64,000 nt of DNA from the human T2T-CHM13v2.0 reference genome, Homo sapiens: NCBI RefSeq assembly GCF_009914755.1, contig NC_060928.1, one strand, 5' to 3'. Positions 29,075 through 46,939 of the stretch are shown here, piece by piece (position 1 is the stretch's first letter; each line of letters starts with the position of its first letter). The position numbers and the translations under genes were made by a program. Below the pieces are notes generated by a model that ran no database searches, was not told where the DNA came from, and saw only the letters and a program-made list of their open reading frames with translations.

Positions 29075-29753
29075 GCCACATGCTGTGGTGCATGCCTGTA
29101 GTCCCAGCTACTGGGAGGCTGAGGCAGGAAGATCTCTTAAGCCCAGGAGTTCTGCGCTGTAGTGCGCTATGCCAATCAGGTGTTTGCACCAAGTTCAGCA
29201 TCAGTATGGTGACCTCCAGGGAGTGGAGGACCACCAGGTTGCCTAAGGCGGAGTGAACCAGCCCAGGTCGGAAACAGAGCACGTCAAAACTTCCGTGCTG
29301 ATCCGTACTGGGATCACGCCTGTGAACAGCCACTGCACTCCAGCCTGGGTGATATGGTTTGGCTGTGTCCCCACCCAAATCTCATTTTAAATTGTGGTTC
29401 CCACAATCCCCATGTGTCATGGAGGGACCCCATGGGAGGTAACTGAATCACGGTGGAGGTTACCTTCATGCTGTTCTCATGATAGTGAGTTCTCACCAGA
29501 TCTGATGGTTTTATAAGAAGCTTTCTCCTTATTTGCTCAGCACTTCTCCTTGCTGCTGCAATGTGAAGAAGGCTGTGTTTGCTTCCCCTTCTGCCATGAT
29601 TGTAAGTTTCCTGAGGCCTCCCTAACCATGCTGAACTCTGAGTCAATTAAACCTCTTTCCTTTAAAATTACCCAGTCCCACGTATGTCTTTACTAGCAGC
29701 GTGAGAACAGACTAATTCACTGGACAATATAGTGAGCCTTGTCTCTAAAAAAA
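29075..29753 (+). pseudogene. Processed 7SL (SRP) RNA pseudogene split by a THE1 LTR
   Basis: Contains the 7SL S-domain that Alu lacks (gtagtgcgctatgcc...caccaggttgcctaagg...cccaggtcggaaacagagca...tgtgaacagccactgcactccagcctggg); 3' end resumes at 29720-29746, followed by an A tail. I recall an RN7SL pseudogene annotated near GALNT7 (unverified). Confidence 0.92.
29350..29719 (+). mobile_element. THE1 (MaLR) solo LTR inside the 7SL pseudogene
   Basis: tgatatggtttggctgtgtcccc...gagaacagactaattca; TSD CTGGG/CTGGA. Confidence 0.93.
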
Positions 29754-29756
29754 ATT

Positions 29757-30026
29757 CTTGGGAAGCTGAGGCAGGCAGATCACTTGAGGCCAGGGCTTTG
29801 AGATCAGCCTGGCCAACATGGCAAAATCCTGTCTCTACTGAAAATACAAAAATTAGCCAGGTGTGTTGGCACGGGTTTGTAATCCCAGCTACTCAGGAGG
29901 CTGAGATATGAGAATCACTTGAACCTGGGAGGTATAGGTTGTAGTGAGCTGAGATCATGCCACTGCACTCCAGCCTGGGTGACAGAGCAAGACTCTGTCT
30001 TAAAAAAAAAAAAAAAAAAAAAAAAA
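29757..30026 (+). mobile_element. 5'-truncated Alu
   Basis: Begins ttgggaagctgaggcaggcagatcac; long A tail. Confidence 0.9.
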
Positions 30027-30234
30027 GCCCTATTAACATTCTTCAACATGTCTCCTATTCAATTTGTGCAAGATACAGTACACCTAAATGTGAAATTATT
30101 GTGTCACGGGTTATGCATATATACTACTTTACTAGGCAATGCAAAATTTCTCTACAAAGGGAATGTACTAGCTTCCACCTCTGTCAGTAATGACAGTTCC
30201 CCTTGCTTAATATCCTCAATAACACTTAGTGTTA

Positions 30235-30573
<339 letters not shown>

Positions 30574-32144
30574 TCATTGTCTTTTATTTGCATCTCGTTG
30601 ATTACTGATGTGGCTCAGCACTTTTTCCAAGGTTTATGGCCATTTGTATTACTTCTCCGAAATGTCTTTTCATATCTTTTGTCCATTTTTTTTTTTACTG
30701 GGTTACATGTATTTGTGAGAATTCTTTCTATTCTAGATAGTAATCCATTGTCAGTTATATGCATTACAAATGTCTATTTCTAGTTTATCTTTTCACATTC
30801 ATTAAGCTGTATTTTGTTTACTTCATAACGTAATCAAATTTTCTAATATTTTTCTTTTCATCCGTTTCACACAAGAAATAACCCAAATCAACTCCTTCAG
30901 TTTTACTTGATGATATTTCTATTTGTTCATTCACATATAAATATTAATGTATGTATAATATGGAAAATAGCCTTTACATGTTAAGAGGGAAAAAAATGAC
31001 ATACTATCTTACCCTTCACAATAACCATGCTATTATACTGACCACTCATTACATAATTTACCAGAAAATTATGCAGAAGTAGCATAAGTCTTTCCAACAT
31101 TAATGCAAAGACATTATCACTGATTTTGATTTTGAGATGTGGTCTCAGGTAAAGTGATAATTGTATTAAAACTAATCTTTTTTTCAAATGCATTCCAAGA
31201 TCTCAATTTTCTCCCTCAAATATTACCATAAAAACTGATGTCTTAGCCCACACAATCCTTTCTATCAAATTCCTCACAACCAGGCTTTGGATAGAGGGAA
31301 TTTCTAAGCCCTGCTGTGGCCGTCTCCACCTGCTCTTCCACGCCATTCCTCCTTCTTCCATGCGCACACTTATATCTCTAAGAACCTATCTCACGAATCA
31401 ATATTCTACCTCTGTTAGCTCAACTCTCCGAGTCATTCTAGTTGAGGAAAAAAGAGTGGGAAAGTAAAATTACCACTGTGGTCAAGATTAAGACAACTTA
31501 AACCAGAAGCTGAATTCCAACCTCTGTGAAGCATGAAGAACACCGAGAAACACAGGCTGCTAGGAATTACTGCCTTGACTCTACCTTGAGATTTCAGCCT
31601 TTCCAGTTCCCTTATATCTAGTAAAGCATCATTAATTTGGGGCTTCACTAATTCAAAAATTGTTAAGAGTTCACACAGGTACTCTGTTGAAGTTTAATTT
31701 TACACTAAGAATAATGACAGATTGCAAACAATACTAGTAGCATTAGGAGGATATTCACTATAAAAAACCTTATCTTCACAATACATATAAAGAGGATAGT
31801 CACAAAAAATGTATCTTCATAATATATAAGGGGGATAGTCACAAAAAAAGATCTTCAAGTACTGCAAAAGAACTTGTTTGTTTACAATATTATGCTTAAA
31901 ATATATGTTACAGTCCCTCTCAGGAAATTCTAAGCAGTCATTACATTATTACACATTGCTAGAAGGAAATGATAGTTTTCAGACTAATTTGAAGTAGCTT
32001 TTCTCCCAAAGATTTCCAAAATATTTTTTAATAAACACAAACACATTGCAATACTGTTTAGTGCATTTAATAAAATGGAAAATAGTACACTAGTACTGTG
32101 ATTATACTTTAGTTTCAAGAGATAATTGTTAATATACATGTATA

Positions 32145-32395
32145 TATTTTAGATAGGGTCTCACTCTGTTGCTCAGGCTGGATTGAGATGGTATGATTTT
32201 GACTCACTGCAGCCTGGCCTCCCAGGCTCAATTGATCCTCCCACCTCAGCTTCCCAAGTAGCTGGGACTACAGGCACACACGACCATGCCTGGCTAATTT
32301 TTGTATTTTTTGTAGAGACAGGGTTTTGTCATGTTGCCCAGGTTGGCCTCAAACTCCTGAGTTAAAGCAATCCAACCGCCTTGGCCTCCCAAACT
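32145..32395 (-). mobile_element. AluJ, 5'-truncated
   Basis: gactcactgcagcc, ctcaattgatcctcccacctcag. Confidence 0.85.
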
Positions 32396-32574
32396 GATTA
32401 TTAATTTTAAAATGTCCGTTGGTAACCACTCTTAACATATTTTACCCGTAGAGAATTTTTCTGAAGAAAAATAATTAACATAGAAACAGAAATGTCAAAA
32501 TTTGTCTAATTATCTAATTTACTCATTACTGACCCATACTGGTTTTATTGATTTTATTTATATGCTATGTGTTT

Positions 32575-33116
32575 TAATTATCTATTGTATAATAAATTAC
32601 CCCAAAACTTAGCAGCTTAAAACAACAAACATGTATTATCTTACATGGTTTCTGAGAGTTAGTTCTCTGGGGGTGGCTAAGCTGGGTGGCGCTGGCTTGG
32701 CTGTCATTGCAGCTGTTGTCTCGACTGAAGGCTGAGGGAGGATCCACTTCCAGGCTTTCTCCATGGTTGTTGGCAGGCCTCAGTTACTTGCCTGAGTTCT
32801 CAGGCTGGAGTCCTCAGTTCCTTAGCAAATGAGACTCCAGAGGCTGTTTGAGTGTCCTCTCATATGACAGTTTGCTTCCCCACAGCAAATGATCCAAGAG
32901 AGAAAGAGTGTGACTGCCTACGATGGAAGCCATGGTCTTGATGACCTAACAACATACCATATGACATATCATCACTTCTGCTCAGTTCTACTGCTCGCAT
33001 AGACCAACCCTGGCACAAAGTGGGAAGGGACTTCACAAGCATGTGGATACCAAGACACAGGGTGTGAATACCAGGAGGCGGAGATCACTGGGATCCATTT
33101 TGGGGCTTTGCTAACA
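32575..33116 (-). mobile_element. MLT1F-like MaLR LTR
   Basis: aaattaccccaaaacttagcagcttaaaacaacaaac; gtgtgaataccaggaggcggagatcactgggatccatttt. Confidence 0.7.
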
Positions 33117-33272
33117 CACTATGATTTTTTAAAAGAAGAATACAAAAAAAAGGGAAGAAAACACAATATGGGGGAAGGAAATGTTCACTCAGAAGGTCCA
33201 GAAACACATTCAAATATATATAAAAATATTGTATACTAAAGAATGGTCTCTATATATTTGAGTATGTTTCTG

Positions 33273-34207
<935 letters not shown>

Positions 34208-34352
34208 TCATTTCTGGGCTATTTCAGTCCATTGATCTGGCTATTACAGCATCACCATTATACTGGTTTTGATTATTATATTATTAAAACGTAGTATCTG
34301 GTAGAAGAAAAAGAGAAGAAAATTTTAATTTTTAACAATAACAAAAGTGTAA

Positions 34353-34675
<323 letters not shown>

Positions 34676-35362
34676 CTTTATAACAGTTTTATGCTCAAAT
34701 AATCAATTCTGTTCTCCTCTTTTTGCCAAATTCATTAATTTCAAAAAAGTGGTTATCAACAATTTCTGAAAAAAATCATTTATTAAATTTGGAAATGGAA
34801 TGCAGGATAATAATGCTCAATAATCAAGGGGAAAATGTTGTGAATGGAATAAATGAACTATTGGATCCCAGGGGCCAGTCGAGAAATATGTCAGGGGAAA
34901 TGTGATACAGATATACAGAATTTGCTTGAAGAAAAAAATGGATGGTAGCGAGGTACTCAACCACGTTGGATCCCTGATATATTGGTTTGGTAACTTTTTG
35001 TTTATGTCTGGCACTTCTATCATAGGGTATTACTATTACCATATTCACCTCCACAGGGAGTTATATGGAATTAGTGGCAAACTATAAAGCGAAGATATCT
35101 GCTTTCTCATTCTCCTACCCACCATCTTCCTTTACCAACTGTATCATTTATCACGTATTAACTGCAATGATAAAAACTAAAGCATCTGGGTATAATGCAA
35201 AATAGGTTAATTTCTTGCTCAAGTCACAGTCCAATGCAAGTTTAGTGGGAGGAAGAGAGGTAAAACTATTCTGCACACGCCCTCAGCATGCCTTTCCCAT
35301 CCCCCTAGACCTCAGCCTTTCCCTGAATTCTGTGCATAGTATGGGCAGATAAGACAGAACTT

Positions 35363-35737
<375 letters not shown>

Positions 35738-36950
35738 TCAGTGACGGGACCCCACCAAGGGCATTTGGGAAATGTACTAAAGCTGTGTGTCCAGAAAAAA
35801 AAAAGATGGGAGTTTGGTGAACATGCAGTATCTCTATATATTGCCCCATTAGTCTACCTGGAGGATGAGTGTGGGCTCTGATGAGAATGTTAAATCCCAA
35901 TAACTAGTCCTTCAATGTATACTTTTCTTGTATTTTATGCTTTGAAACAGTTATCCTTCAAATTTATAGAAATAAGAGACTTCACTGAATCTTAAAGCTA
36001 CCTAATAAGCTCTGAGCTTGGTGGTAGACAATAGGCTCAGAATGAAGGGAAAGGACTCGTTTGGAGCTTCTGTGAGTTATTGAGAGAGGTTGTGCTATTA
36101 TTAAAATCACTTGTGCTCACATTCTGAGTGTTCAATAAATGCAAGTTTATGGCAACTCTAAATGGCAAAGTTCCTCTTTTGATGTTCTGATCCAAAAGTA
36201 TGAGAATGTATATTTAAAATGATGTAGAGTTTTTTTTTAATTGTCTACTTGCCCTAGGCAGGTGTGAATTCTTATTCATAGCACCTTCTCTGTGCAATTG
36301 ACATTTTTAAAACCTATCAAGTAAATCTTCACTTTAAAATTTACATATGTAATTCTATGAATTCAACAGTCACTTGAGACTATTTGAAGAAAAGAGAAAT
36401 GTAATGAAAAATTCTGATTTCTAATGCTGAGATTTAAAAATTAAAGAAGCAAAATAAGTCTCAAGCCTCAAAACCAACAGATTAGAACTGCTATTTTCCC
36501 TAACCCTTGATTGATTTACTTTGGTTATTAAGCATTAAATGACTTATGAAATCAGACATCACTTATTTCTTTGCAATCATTTATCTAATTGACCTATTTC
36601 TAGGCAAGAGACATAATTCTAGTCACTTGGTAGGCTTTATATGGGCAATTGGTGGCTGAAATTTTATTTCTGGCTCAATTAAGGAATTTAAATACACTAT
36701 TTCCTCTTGATAACGTATCTAATTTAGGATCTTCTCAATCATTAGGTTATGTCATAGGATTTTATTTAGATTGCATTAACTATTAACCTTCTGTTTTCCC
36801 AAACTTGGTTAAAAATAATTCTGATTTGTTGTACAATTCTACCTATATTTCACTTTGCCTTATCTCTGTGCTCCCAAATTGCTGCTTCCCAAATTTTCCT
36901 TCTTTTATTATACATGTACCATAAAAAGCTTCAGAGGTAGCTATGTTAAT

Positions 36951-36993
36951 CCTTCCTTCCTCCCTTCCTTCCTTCCTTCCTTTCCTTCCTTCC
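36951..36993. repeat. (TTCC)n simple repeat
   Basis: ccttccttcctcccttccttccttcc... Confidence 0.85.
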
Positions 36994-37819
36994 ATCTTTT
37001 TTTTTTTAAACAGAAAAATTCACCACAGTGAATCATGGCAGTAATCTTCCTTGATAAGTTCATAATGTGAGCCATTGTAGCATCAAATTAAAGATACCTA
37101 GAAAAGCAGTGTTTTTAGGCAATTCTAATCAAAGAGAGTATTTGAAAATACTAATAAAGTATGACCTTCAATTTTTTGTTAAAAGTATTAGTGAGAAGAA
37201 TGGTTAAGAAAAAGAAACACCTTCTGTAACTATTCATTATGCCATCAGATTCTCCAAGCTCTAAGTGCTCTAAGGGCAGGATTCTGTATCCTCACAGTCT
37301 GATACAACTAGTCACTCAATACTTACTGAATACATTTATCAATAAAATCTTATGTGAATGGTAACAGTTATGACTCATTTGCATATTTTGAATAAAAGCG
37401 GAAACCTTTCCATGTTGATATATGAAAAATTGTGTATAGCATTTAAGAAGCAAGCTATACAAATGCTTTTAATACTATGAATGAAGTCTGTTTTTTGAAA
37501 AAAGCAATGGACATTCTTAGAAAGTTTTCTGGGATCTAGTCTATTGGTTGATTTTCTTTAACCTGTGCTGACAGAAAACTGCCTAATCACACTGAAAATG
37601 TCTCCTTCTGATTAAAAGTTTCATTTTTGGAATGCAATTTGCTACCTGTTCCTTTTCTGATTACCAAAAGACTAATTCTCCAAACAAGAAATGGTTCATG
37701 ACTCTTATAACTTTATTAGACAAATAAATGTTCTATTTAGAACATTTCAGAAGAAAACAGAAATGTGTTGGATTTCAAGCATTTTATTTAAAATTGTGTC
37801 AATAAAAATGCAGGAAATG

Positions 37820-38147
<328 letters not shown>

Positions 38148-41100
38148 TTATTCTCATTTTTGCAGTATGATGGAATGGAATAAATTAAACAGGTTTACAA
38201 AGTTGCCCACATTACTTTAACATCTTCTAACATTTTTATAGCACATCCCACCGTAATATATTTATTGTTATAGTTCCCACTTGTTTGCAAGCTTCTCAGA
38301 GGCAAGGAACAATGTCCTCAATTTGTATCACTGGTACAACGCCTAGCACATAATATGCACTTATATTTTTGAGCAAAAATTAATTTGGTACCTGTACTAT
38401 AAAACCGAAATTAGTTCTAAGTCTTTAAAAAATAACATTAAAAACCAAAAATTCTCTTATTGTTGGATATAACCCTGAGATCAACTTGGTTGTTTATTAA
38501 AACATTAAGCAGTGTGCATAATACCTGTTTGTAGACAGGCCTAGTTGCTTATTTTGTTGTGTCCTACTTTCAGCGAGATTACTGTAAACGAGGCCCACAA
38601 CTTCATTTATAATCACCACAACTCTAAGTGTGTAACAGGCAAGCACTCAATAAATATTAACTTGTACGTTGAATGTTCAACAGTGCTTAGCACAATGTGG
38701 TACATGCCCTTGAATATACCAGATATTCAGTAAACATACATTAAATAAATCGAAGAATAGCATCCAGTAAGAGAGCACTGGCTTCTCTTTCCCCAGTCTA
38801 CTTTTAGGAAAACAGATATATGTGCATTCTTAACAGTATCAGATAGGATGAGGCAAGGGACTCTAAACTGAACTCTGTATATTCTGGTGTGTTAAGCTAA
38901 TCCTGGTGCTCTCTGTAGCTCTCCACACATAGTCACCTGATAGTCTGTTTTTCTCCCCTGCCCACTGTCTTTAGGATTGCCTCGAAAACCCTGGGTTTAG
39001 CTACTGCCTACCCTGGAATACTCACTCCAGCCATCCGGATTTCTTCCTATCACTGTAACTCATCTCAGGCATTCTGCACATTCTCCTTTCCACTCTATCC
39101 CCTTGCTTGGGTAATATCTGTGCATCTGCCAGTGTCCTCTTGAATGGCTCTTGTTCCAGGAAGCCTTTCTGGATCCACTAGAGTAGATTAGATATCACTA
39201 GGTGCCTCCAGCATCCAGTGCTGAATCATAAATATCTCTTATCATAGCATTCATCATATAATTTAATGTCTGCCTTCCCTATGGACCTATAAACTTTGTG
39301 GAAAGCAGAGAATTCTTCTATCTTGTCTATCATCATATCTCTAGCACCCATGTTCAATTTATAGTTAATGAAATCCAACAAACTAATCATGTCTTCAACT
39401 TGAAATAGGAGGCTCAGTAGAGTAAAGGGAACTCTAGAGTGGGAGTCTGCAGAAATGGGTTTAAATCCTATTACTACTACGGTGTGGCCATTTGCTTTGA
39501 CTCTAGTCCCTTTCTTCCCCTACAAAGCAAGTTAAATAGCATAATTTAGTTTGCTCATATCACAGTTTGTGAAGCTAAGAAATACAAACACTATTGTAAA
39601 TTGAAGAGGGACACTTTGGTACCCTAGAGAAAAACTGCTGTCCGCACAATGGGGCTGAAAAGGCCAACAGTTGAACAACAGCCTTTTCCATGGAGCCTGT
39701 CCCTGGCTGTGCAGTTGGAACTGCTTGCAGTGTAGTTGGCTGGGTCTGCCTCTTTGCCTCGCTCGGATGCACCAACCTGGTGATTCCTCCAGCCTGCTCA
39801 CCAAAGGGGGCCGAGGGACACATCGCCTATTGTCTCCCTGGCAGTTTATGCAAGACAGAATCATTTATATAATTTTATTTATGAACTCCAGGCATTATAC
39901 CTTGGCGTCAAAACAATGGAAATGTACATTTGTAGGTCTCAATGATTCCCATTTAAAGTCCAACGAGCTCAGTCAAAACAGGCTAAATTCACGATCTTTT
40001 ATTTATAACTTATATCCAACGTCATAAAAGATGAGGCTGTGTAGGGTAATATACACATGAAACCAGCTGTTTAGATAATATATGAAGACACTGTTGGAGA
40101 GGGAGAACGGCATGCCAGGACATGTGATCACTGCAGCTCTGTAAGGTAGAGGTTGGGGCTCCGGCATGGGGGCGAACGGAACATTTATTATGGGCCTAAA
40201 GACAGAGTGTCTCATTCCTCTATTTTCTTGTTCTTTCTCTTTATCTTGTGGATGTGCAAATATTTGTATTTCATAAAAGGGGAAAAATCAATTCATAGTT
40301 CCTCACTAACAGGACAATACAGAAGATGGACATTTTTTCTTAGGTATCCTTTCTAATTATTCATTTTTTTTGTTCAATAATTAAAATACACCCATAAATT
40401 GAATCGCATGATGGAATGACTAGGTATAATAGAAAGTCAGTCACACCTCATTCGTAATAGTAATAAATAGCTCAGCCCATGTGTTCATAGCCATCAGTAT
40501 GTAGGGAAGGGCTTATTCCAAAAGTCTGTGCTCCACAAGAATGCTAATGTTCGTTTATCAGCTGTTGTTTTACAAGATTCTGCATGGACTTTGCAGGTGG
40601 GGTTTGTGCTGAAGGTTTTTATTTGTCTTAAAAACACAGGAAAAATAAAATTATATAGATTTTCCACGTTAACCTATCTAGTGTAACTTATTAATTCATT
40701 TGGTTTAATAACTACTTGGGTATGAATCACAATTATTAGATTGCTGACTTCACCCAGTCTTGCCTTGCTCCCAATCATTTCTTAATACTTAGCATTAAGA
40801 AAATGAGACACTTAATCATAATAACCACAAAGTCAGAAATAACCTAGAAACAACATCCATATTTTCAGACATCCCATAAATCCCAAACAGGTCTCTATTG
40901 TAAGGATTTCCCCCGATCAATTCTATAAGTTCCTTTGTATTTTTTAAGTGTCTTAAAACCTAAAGTTTGCCTATTCTTTATCATCTAAAAAAAAAAACCT
41001 TCATTCAAAGTGTAAAATTAATGATTAATCTTCTTTTAGTTACTTATCTTCTCTGAGAAGAGGATTATGATCTCAAGAAACGGTAGTTACCTCTCTATTT

Positions 41101-41338
41101 TACTCACTTGAGCAAGGTACACACCAAAGCAATCTACTTTTAAAATGTTCCCTAATTAACCAACTTATTAAGTTTTGCCATAGAAACATTTTATGTCACA
41201 TCAGTGAACTTCCACTAAAAATGGGGTGGTGGGAGAGAGATAGAGTATTAATTGTTAAAAAAAAAAAAAAAGCAAACTGGCATGCTTAAGAAAAAATCAG
41301 CCCATACAGCACCTGTTAAAGCATTCACTTTTTGGTGA

Positions 41339-41490
41339 ATATGCACATATATATGCGCATATATAAACATGAATGCACATATATAAACATGAATGCGCAC
41401 ATATAAACATATGCGTGTATATATACACTATATATGCACATATATAAACATAAATATGCACATATATAATGCACACATATAAACATAAAC
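41339..41490. repeat. Degenerate (ATATAAACATGAATGCAC)-type minisatellite
   Basis: Repeated atataaacat and gcacatat units. Confidence 0.85.
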
Positions 41491-41663
41491 GATTAAACTA
41501 GATCATAAATCATAAAAACTAGATGCCAGCTGGGCAAAACATATGATGTTCATGGTCCCCAAACACATACAAGTTTGAACCTAAAACATTAAGTAGGGAA
41601 GTACAATATATTATAAGTCAGTTAATCCTAAAGTGTGGTAAACCGGGGGTAAAAAGATGATTA

Positions 41664-41993
<330 letters not shown>

Positions 41994-42898
41994 TTAAAAT
42001 TTTGATAATTACACATTTATATTTTAATATGTGTAGAAAAAATACACTGCTGTGATGTTATTGGTATTGCTGTTTAATACAATGCTAAATTTAGGTTTAT
42101 AAAAAGTAAGTAATTTTAATGAAAAATATGAAAGCAATAGGATATTGCTAGTTTAGGTAGGACTGAAAATAGTATACATAGTACCAATATGAATAAAGTT
42201 CGGGAATCATTAACACAGGTAACTCACTAGTATTAATGCCACACTTATGGTATAATTTAAGTGTTACAAAACTGAAATCAAGGTAATCATATGAAGAAGA
42301 AAGTATGATAATTTGGTTCATCGGTTATCACATTTTATATGGTGTCACTAGGGAAATAACTTTCCTAACACTTTGTTCTTAGGCTATTTACACTTAATTA
42401 CCCTATTCAATGGTACAATGATTCAATCAGTGAATATTTATTAAGCGTCTACTAGGAGGACAAGGTCCTCTAATAGGTAATTTTAGGGAATAGAGAAATA
42501 TTTTTAAAAACACACCATTGTCTTTAAAAATTTTTTTGGTAATGCTCATTTTGAAAAGTAATAATTTCACTGTTAATAATGTAGGTACAGAAAAACATTA
42601 GGAATATTACCAGCAATCCTACTATTCAGATATAGATCAAAATGTTAATGGGTTATTTTTTTAAAGTTGTTTGAAAAATGAAAATATACAGATTTCTTTT
42701 ATTAACAGAATTAGAACCAGAGTGTGTTTAGCTTTGTATCATGTTTTCTTCTCCACTTAATGGCCTATTGTTTCCTTTACTAAATATTTTTTAAAACATA
42801 AAGGAACAGATATACTGTTTAATGATTCATCTACCAATAGGCATGTGGCTGAGTTCTGGCGCATACAATTTGGGCAGAAGGCACATTTCCTGCCTCTA

Positions 42899-43319
<421 letters not shown>

Positions 43320-43879
43320 TCAGTGAAGGCCTTTGACATCCCAGGAGATAGCAGATCTACCAAATGGAGAGAGTCCCTTCCCCACCCCTCAGCAAACCCA
43401 CAGAGAGAAATGGGCTGTGCTGTGATGAATTTTTATTGCATTAAGCCCCTGAAATTTTGGAGTCATCACAGCAACTATTCATTTATGTTCTTCTTCCAAG
43501 TCTTAAAAACTTCCAATCCTCTGTTCCCTTGTTTTGCAGCACTTTTTCTATGGGCCTGATTTTGATTTTTTTTTTCTTTTAATCTCAAATGAAGACGTCT
43601 ATCTAGTGGTCTCCCCGCTGAGTGAATATACTTGATTTCACTTACTACCACTTCTCAAATCCAAGGTAGGAGAGTAGGTTGCCATGTACATCACCTAAGA
43701 CAATTTTTAATGAAACATTTATCTAATATGATCCTACAGAATGTCCTCTTTCTCTGCCATCTATCTAGTTTTCTAACATTTGGTATCAAAAAGTCCATGA
43801 AAAGCTATAATCTTCTTGATGTTCTCCAACCAGGACACTGACGCTGTACTTTAGTGCTTTATTTGAGATGATACTTTTC

Positions 43880-44560
43880 AGGATGCAATGAATGACTACC
43901 TCTACGGGTGAACCACTAAAGGCTTTTGCTCCAAGAGTGATATGATTGAACTTATATTTTAGAAAAATAATTCTGGTAGTGCTAGAAATTATGGTTTTAA
44001 GAAACAGGATCCTAGAAGGTGGGAAAATGATGAAGGAAACAGCAAGGGACCCTGAATCACAGCAGTGAGAATAGATGCAAAAGTAAATACCAATGATAGA
44101 ATGGTCTTGACTTGATAACAACTAAATCTGGGAGGGAAAAGTGGAGGAAACTATGGAAGATGTCAGAAATTTCTTGTTCAAGTGTCAATGGCTAAATCAG
44201 GAACCTACAAAGAACAGGTGACTCGGTGGGGAAATAAACAAATTCCATTCTGGAAATGCTGACTTCGAAGTGCTAATGGAACATCCACTGAGAAATGTCC
44301 TGTAGGTTTAATGCTCAGAAAACAACCCGTGCCAAAAGTTTAGGTGTGGGGATTATTAACATAAGTTGAAGCCTTGTGAATGGGTTAGTCCAGGAAGAGA
44401 TTAAAAATTGAGGAAAAGAAAAAGAACTAGAACGGACTGAATTCTAAATGATGCCTTGTTTTTAGAGATAGTAGAATTAGGGAAAGAGACAGAAAGAATG
44501 GATAGAAAGAGAAAGAACCTGGAGCCCAGAAATCAAGAGATGAGACAATTTCAATGATAA
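43880..44560 (-). mobile_element. L2 fragment
   Basis: gaaccactaaaggcttttg, gaacatccactgagaaatgtcc, purine-rich L2 antisense pattern. Confidence 0.6.
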
Positions 44561-44964
44561 TTCCAATATGCAATTTAACCCATTTAGTAATTAAAAATTT
44601 TTTTAATTTTATTTTTTATTTCTGGAAATTAGGTCTTTTCTCAATTTTACTCATATTTTCAGGCCTCTTTTTTCACTTCTTGAAATGTATTAAACATACT
44701 TATTTTACGTTCTATGTCTGATAACTGCAACTGCTAATTTTTTATGCATCATATTTCACAGTTTATGGATTTTGCTGGCTCTCCCTTATGGCATCTTGAG
44801 TGTTCAGTGATTGTCAACCGTGAGTAACTCATTGTTTTAGAGACCACATGAACAAAACATTTTTCAAAGCATGAGGTGAAGGGGTTCTTGCAAAAAGGAT
44901 TTGTATTTGCTTTTCAGACGCCTGTGCCATTATTGGCCTGGAACCACTTTAAACTTATTGTACG

Positions 44965-45260
44965 TTTTAAAATAACTAAGAGTATAATTGAAATGTTTAT
45001 AACACAAAGAAATGATAAATACTTGAGGTGATGGATACCCCATTTACCCTGATATGATTATTACAACACTGTACTCATGTATCAAAATATCTCATGTACC
45101 ATATATATATGTGTGGTATATATATATGTGGTATATATATATATATGTGGTGTATATATATGTGGTGTATATATATGTGGTGTATACACACACACACGCA
45201 CACACACACACACACATACCTACTATGTACCTGTATACATAAAAAATTAAAAATAAAAGA
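44965..45260 (+). mobile_element. L1MA 3' end with internal (TATATGTGG)n/(CA)n repeats
   Basis: gaggtgatggataccccatttaccctgat, gtatcaaaatatctcatgtacc, tactatgtacc; simple repeat at 45101-45216. Confidence 0.85.
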
Positions 45261-45263
45261 ATA

Positions 45264-45567
45264 GGCTGGGTACAGTGGCTCATGCCTGTAATCCCAGCAC
45301 TTTGGGAGGCCGAGGCAGGGAAACACCTGAGCTCATGAGTTCAAGACCAGCTTGGGCAACATGGCAAAACCTCATCTCTCCAAAATATACAAAAATTAGC
45401 CAGGTGTGGTGGTGAATGCCTATAGTCCCAGCTACTTGGGAGGCTGAGGTGGGAGGATCACCTGAGACAGGGAGATCCAGGCTGCAGTGAGCTGTAATCG
45501 CACCATCGCACTCCAGGCTGGGTAACAGAGTGAGAACCCATCTCAAAAAAAAAATTAAAAAATAAAA
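45264..45567 (+). mobile_element. AluJ
   Basis: gaggctgaggtgggaggatcac, ggctgcagtgagc. Confidence 0.92.
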
Positions 45568-46008
45568 TGATAGAAAAAGAAACAAACAACCATCTCCCCC
45601 CAAAATTATTGCTTTAAAGTTCTTCTAGCCATCCAGATAGCATGAATTCCTGACATGTGGGCCAATTTATGATTATGAATTTCTTAGATGATGGAGTGAA
45701 TACGTGTAGAGGGAGATTTCTCTTCAAAAGTTGAGGGAATGAGTTAATTTTAGTTCTCTCTCACCTTGGGGATACAGCCCTTTTGGAATCCTGGTTTTGG
45801 CAGACCTATCTGCTTTTCCATTTTGGGGAGGGCCCTCAATTTGTTTTTTGTTCCCAAACTCACAAACTGAGAATATATATGATACTCAGGTTCCTCAGTT
45901 CTGGCCAAAGCCCTTAAACTAAAAGCCAGCTTCAGTGCTCAGCTTCCCTGCCTTATCAGTCTTTGACCTTAGCATTCTTTATTTTCTTGTTACCAATGGA
46001 TGCATTTA

Positions 46009-46303
<295 letters not shown>

Positions 46304-46436
46304 TATATTTTCAAAGGCAACAACCTGTATTTAGAAATTAAATCTCCTATGCAACACTGGCAGTTTAGGGGCCAGGACAACTGATCTCACAAAAACAACT
46401 AAAAATGCCAGGTAAAATATTTTTAAATCTTTTTAA

Positions 46437-46812
<376 letters not shown>

Positions 46813-46939
46813 TTATTTAAATAATGTGTGATGCCAGAGCATTTCGAGTTTGCTTTACATGTTATTAATTTAACTACTTATAGAGAGCCAGGAACCAAAA
46901 CAACAAGCCTAATTAGTTGGAATCATAATAGCTGAAGAA

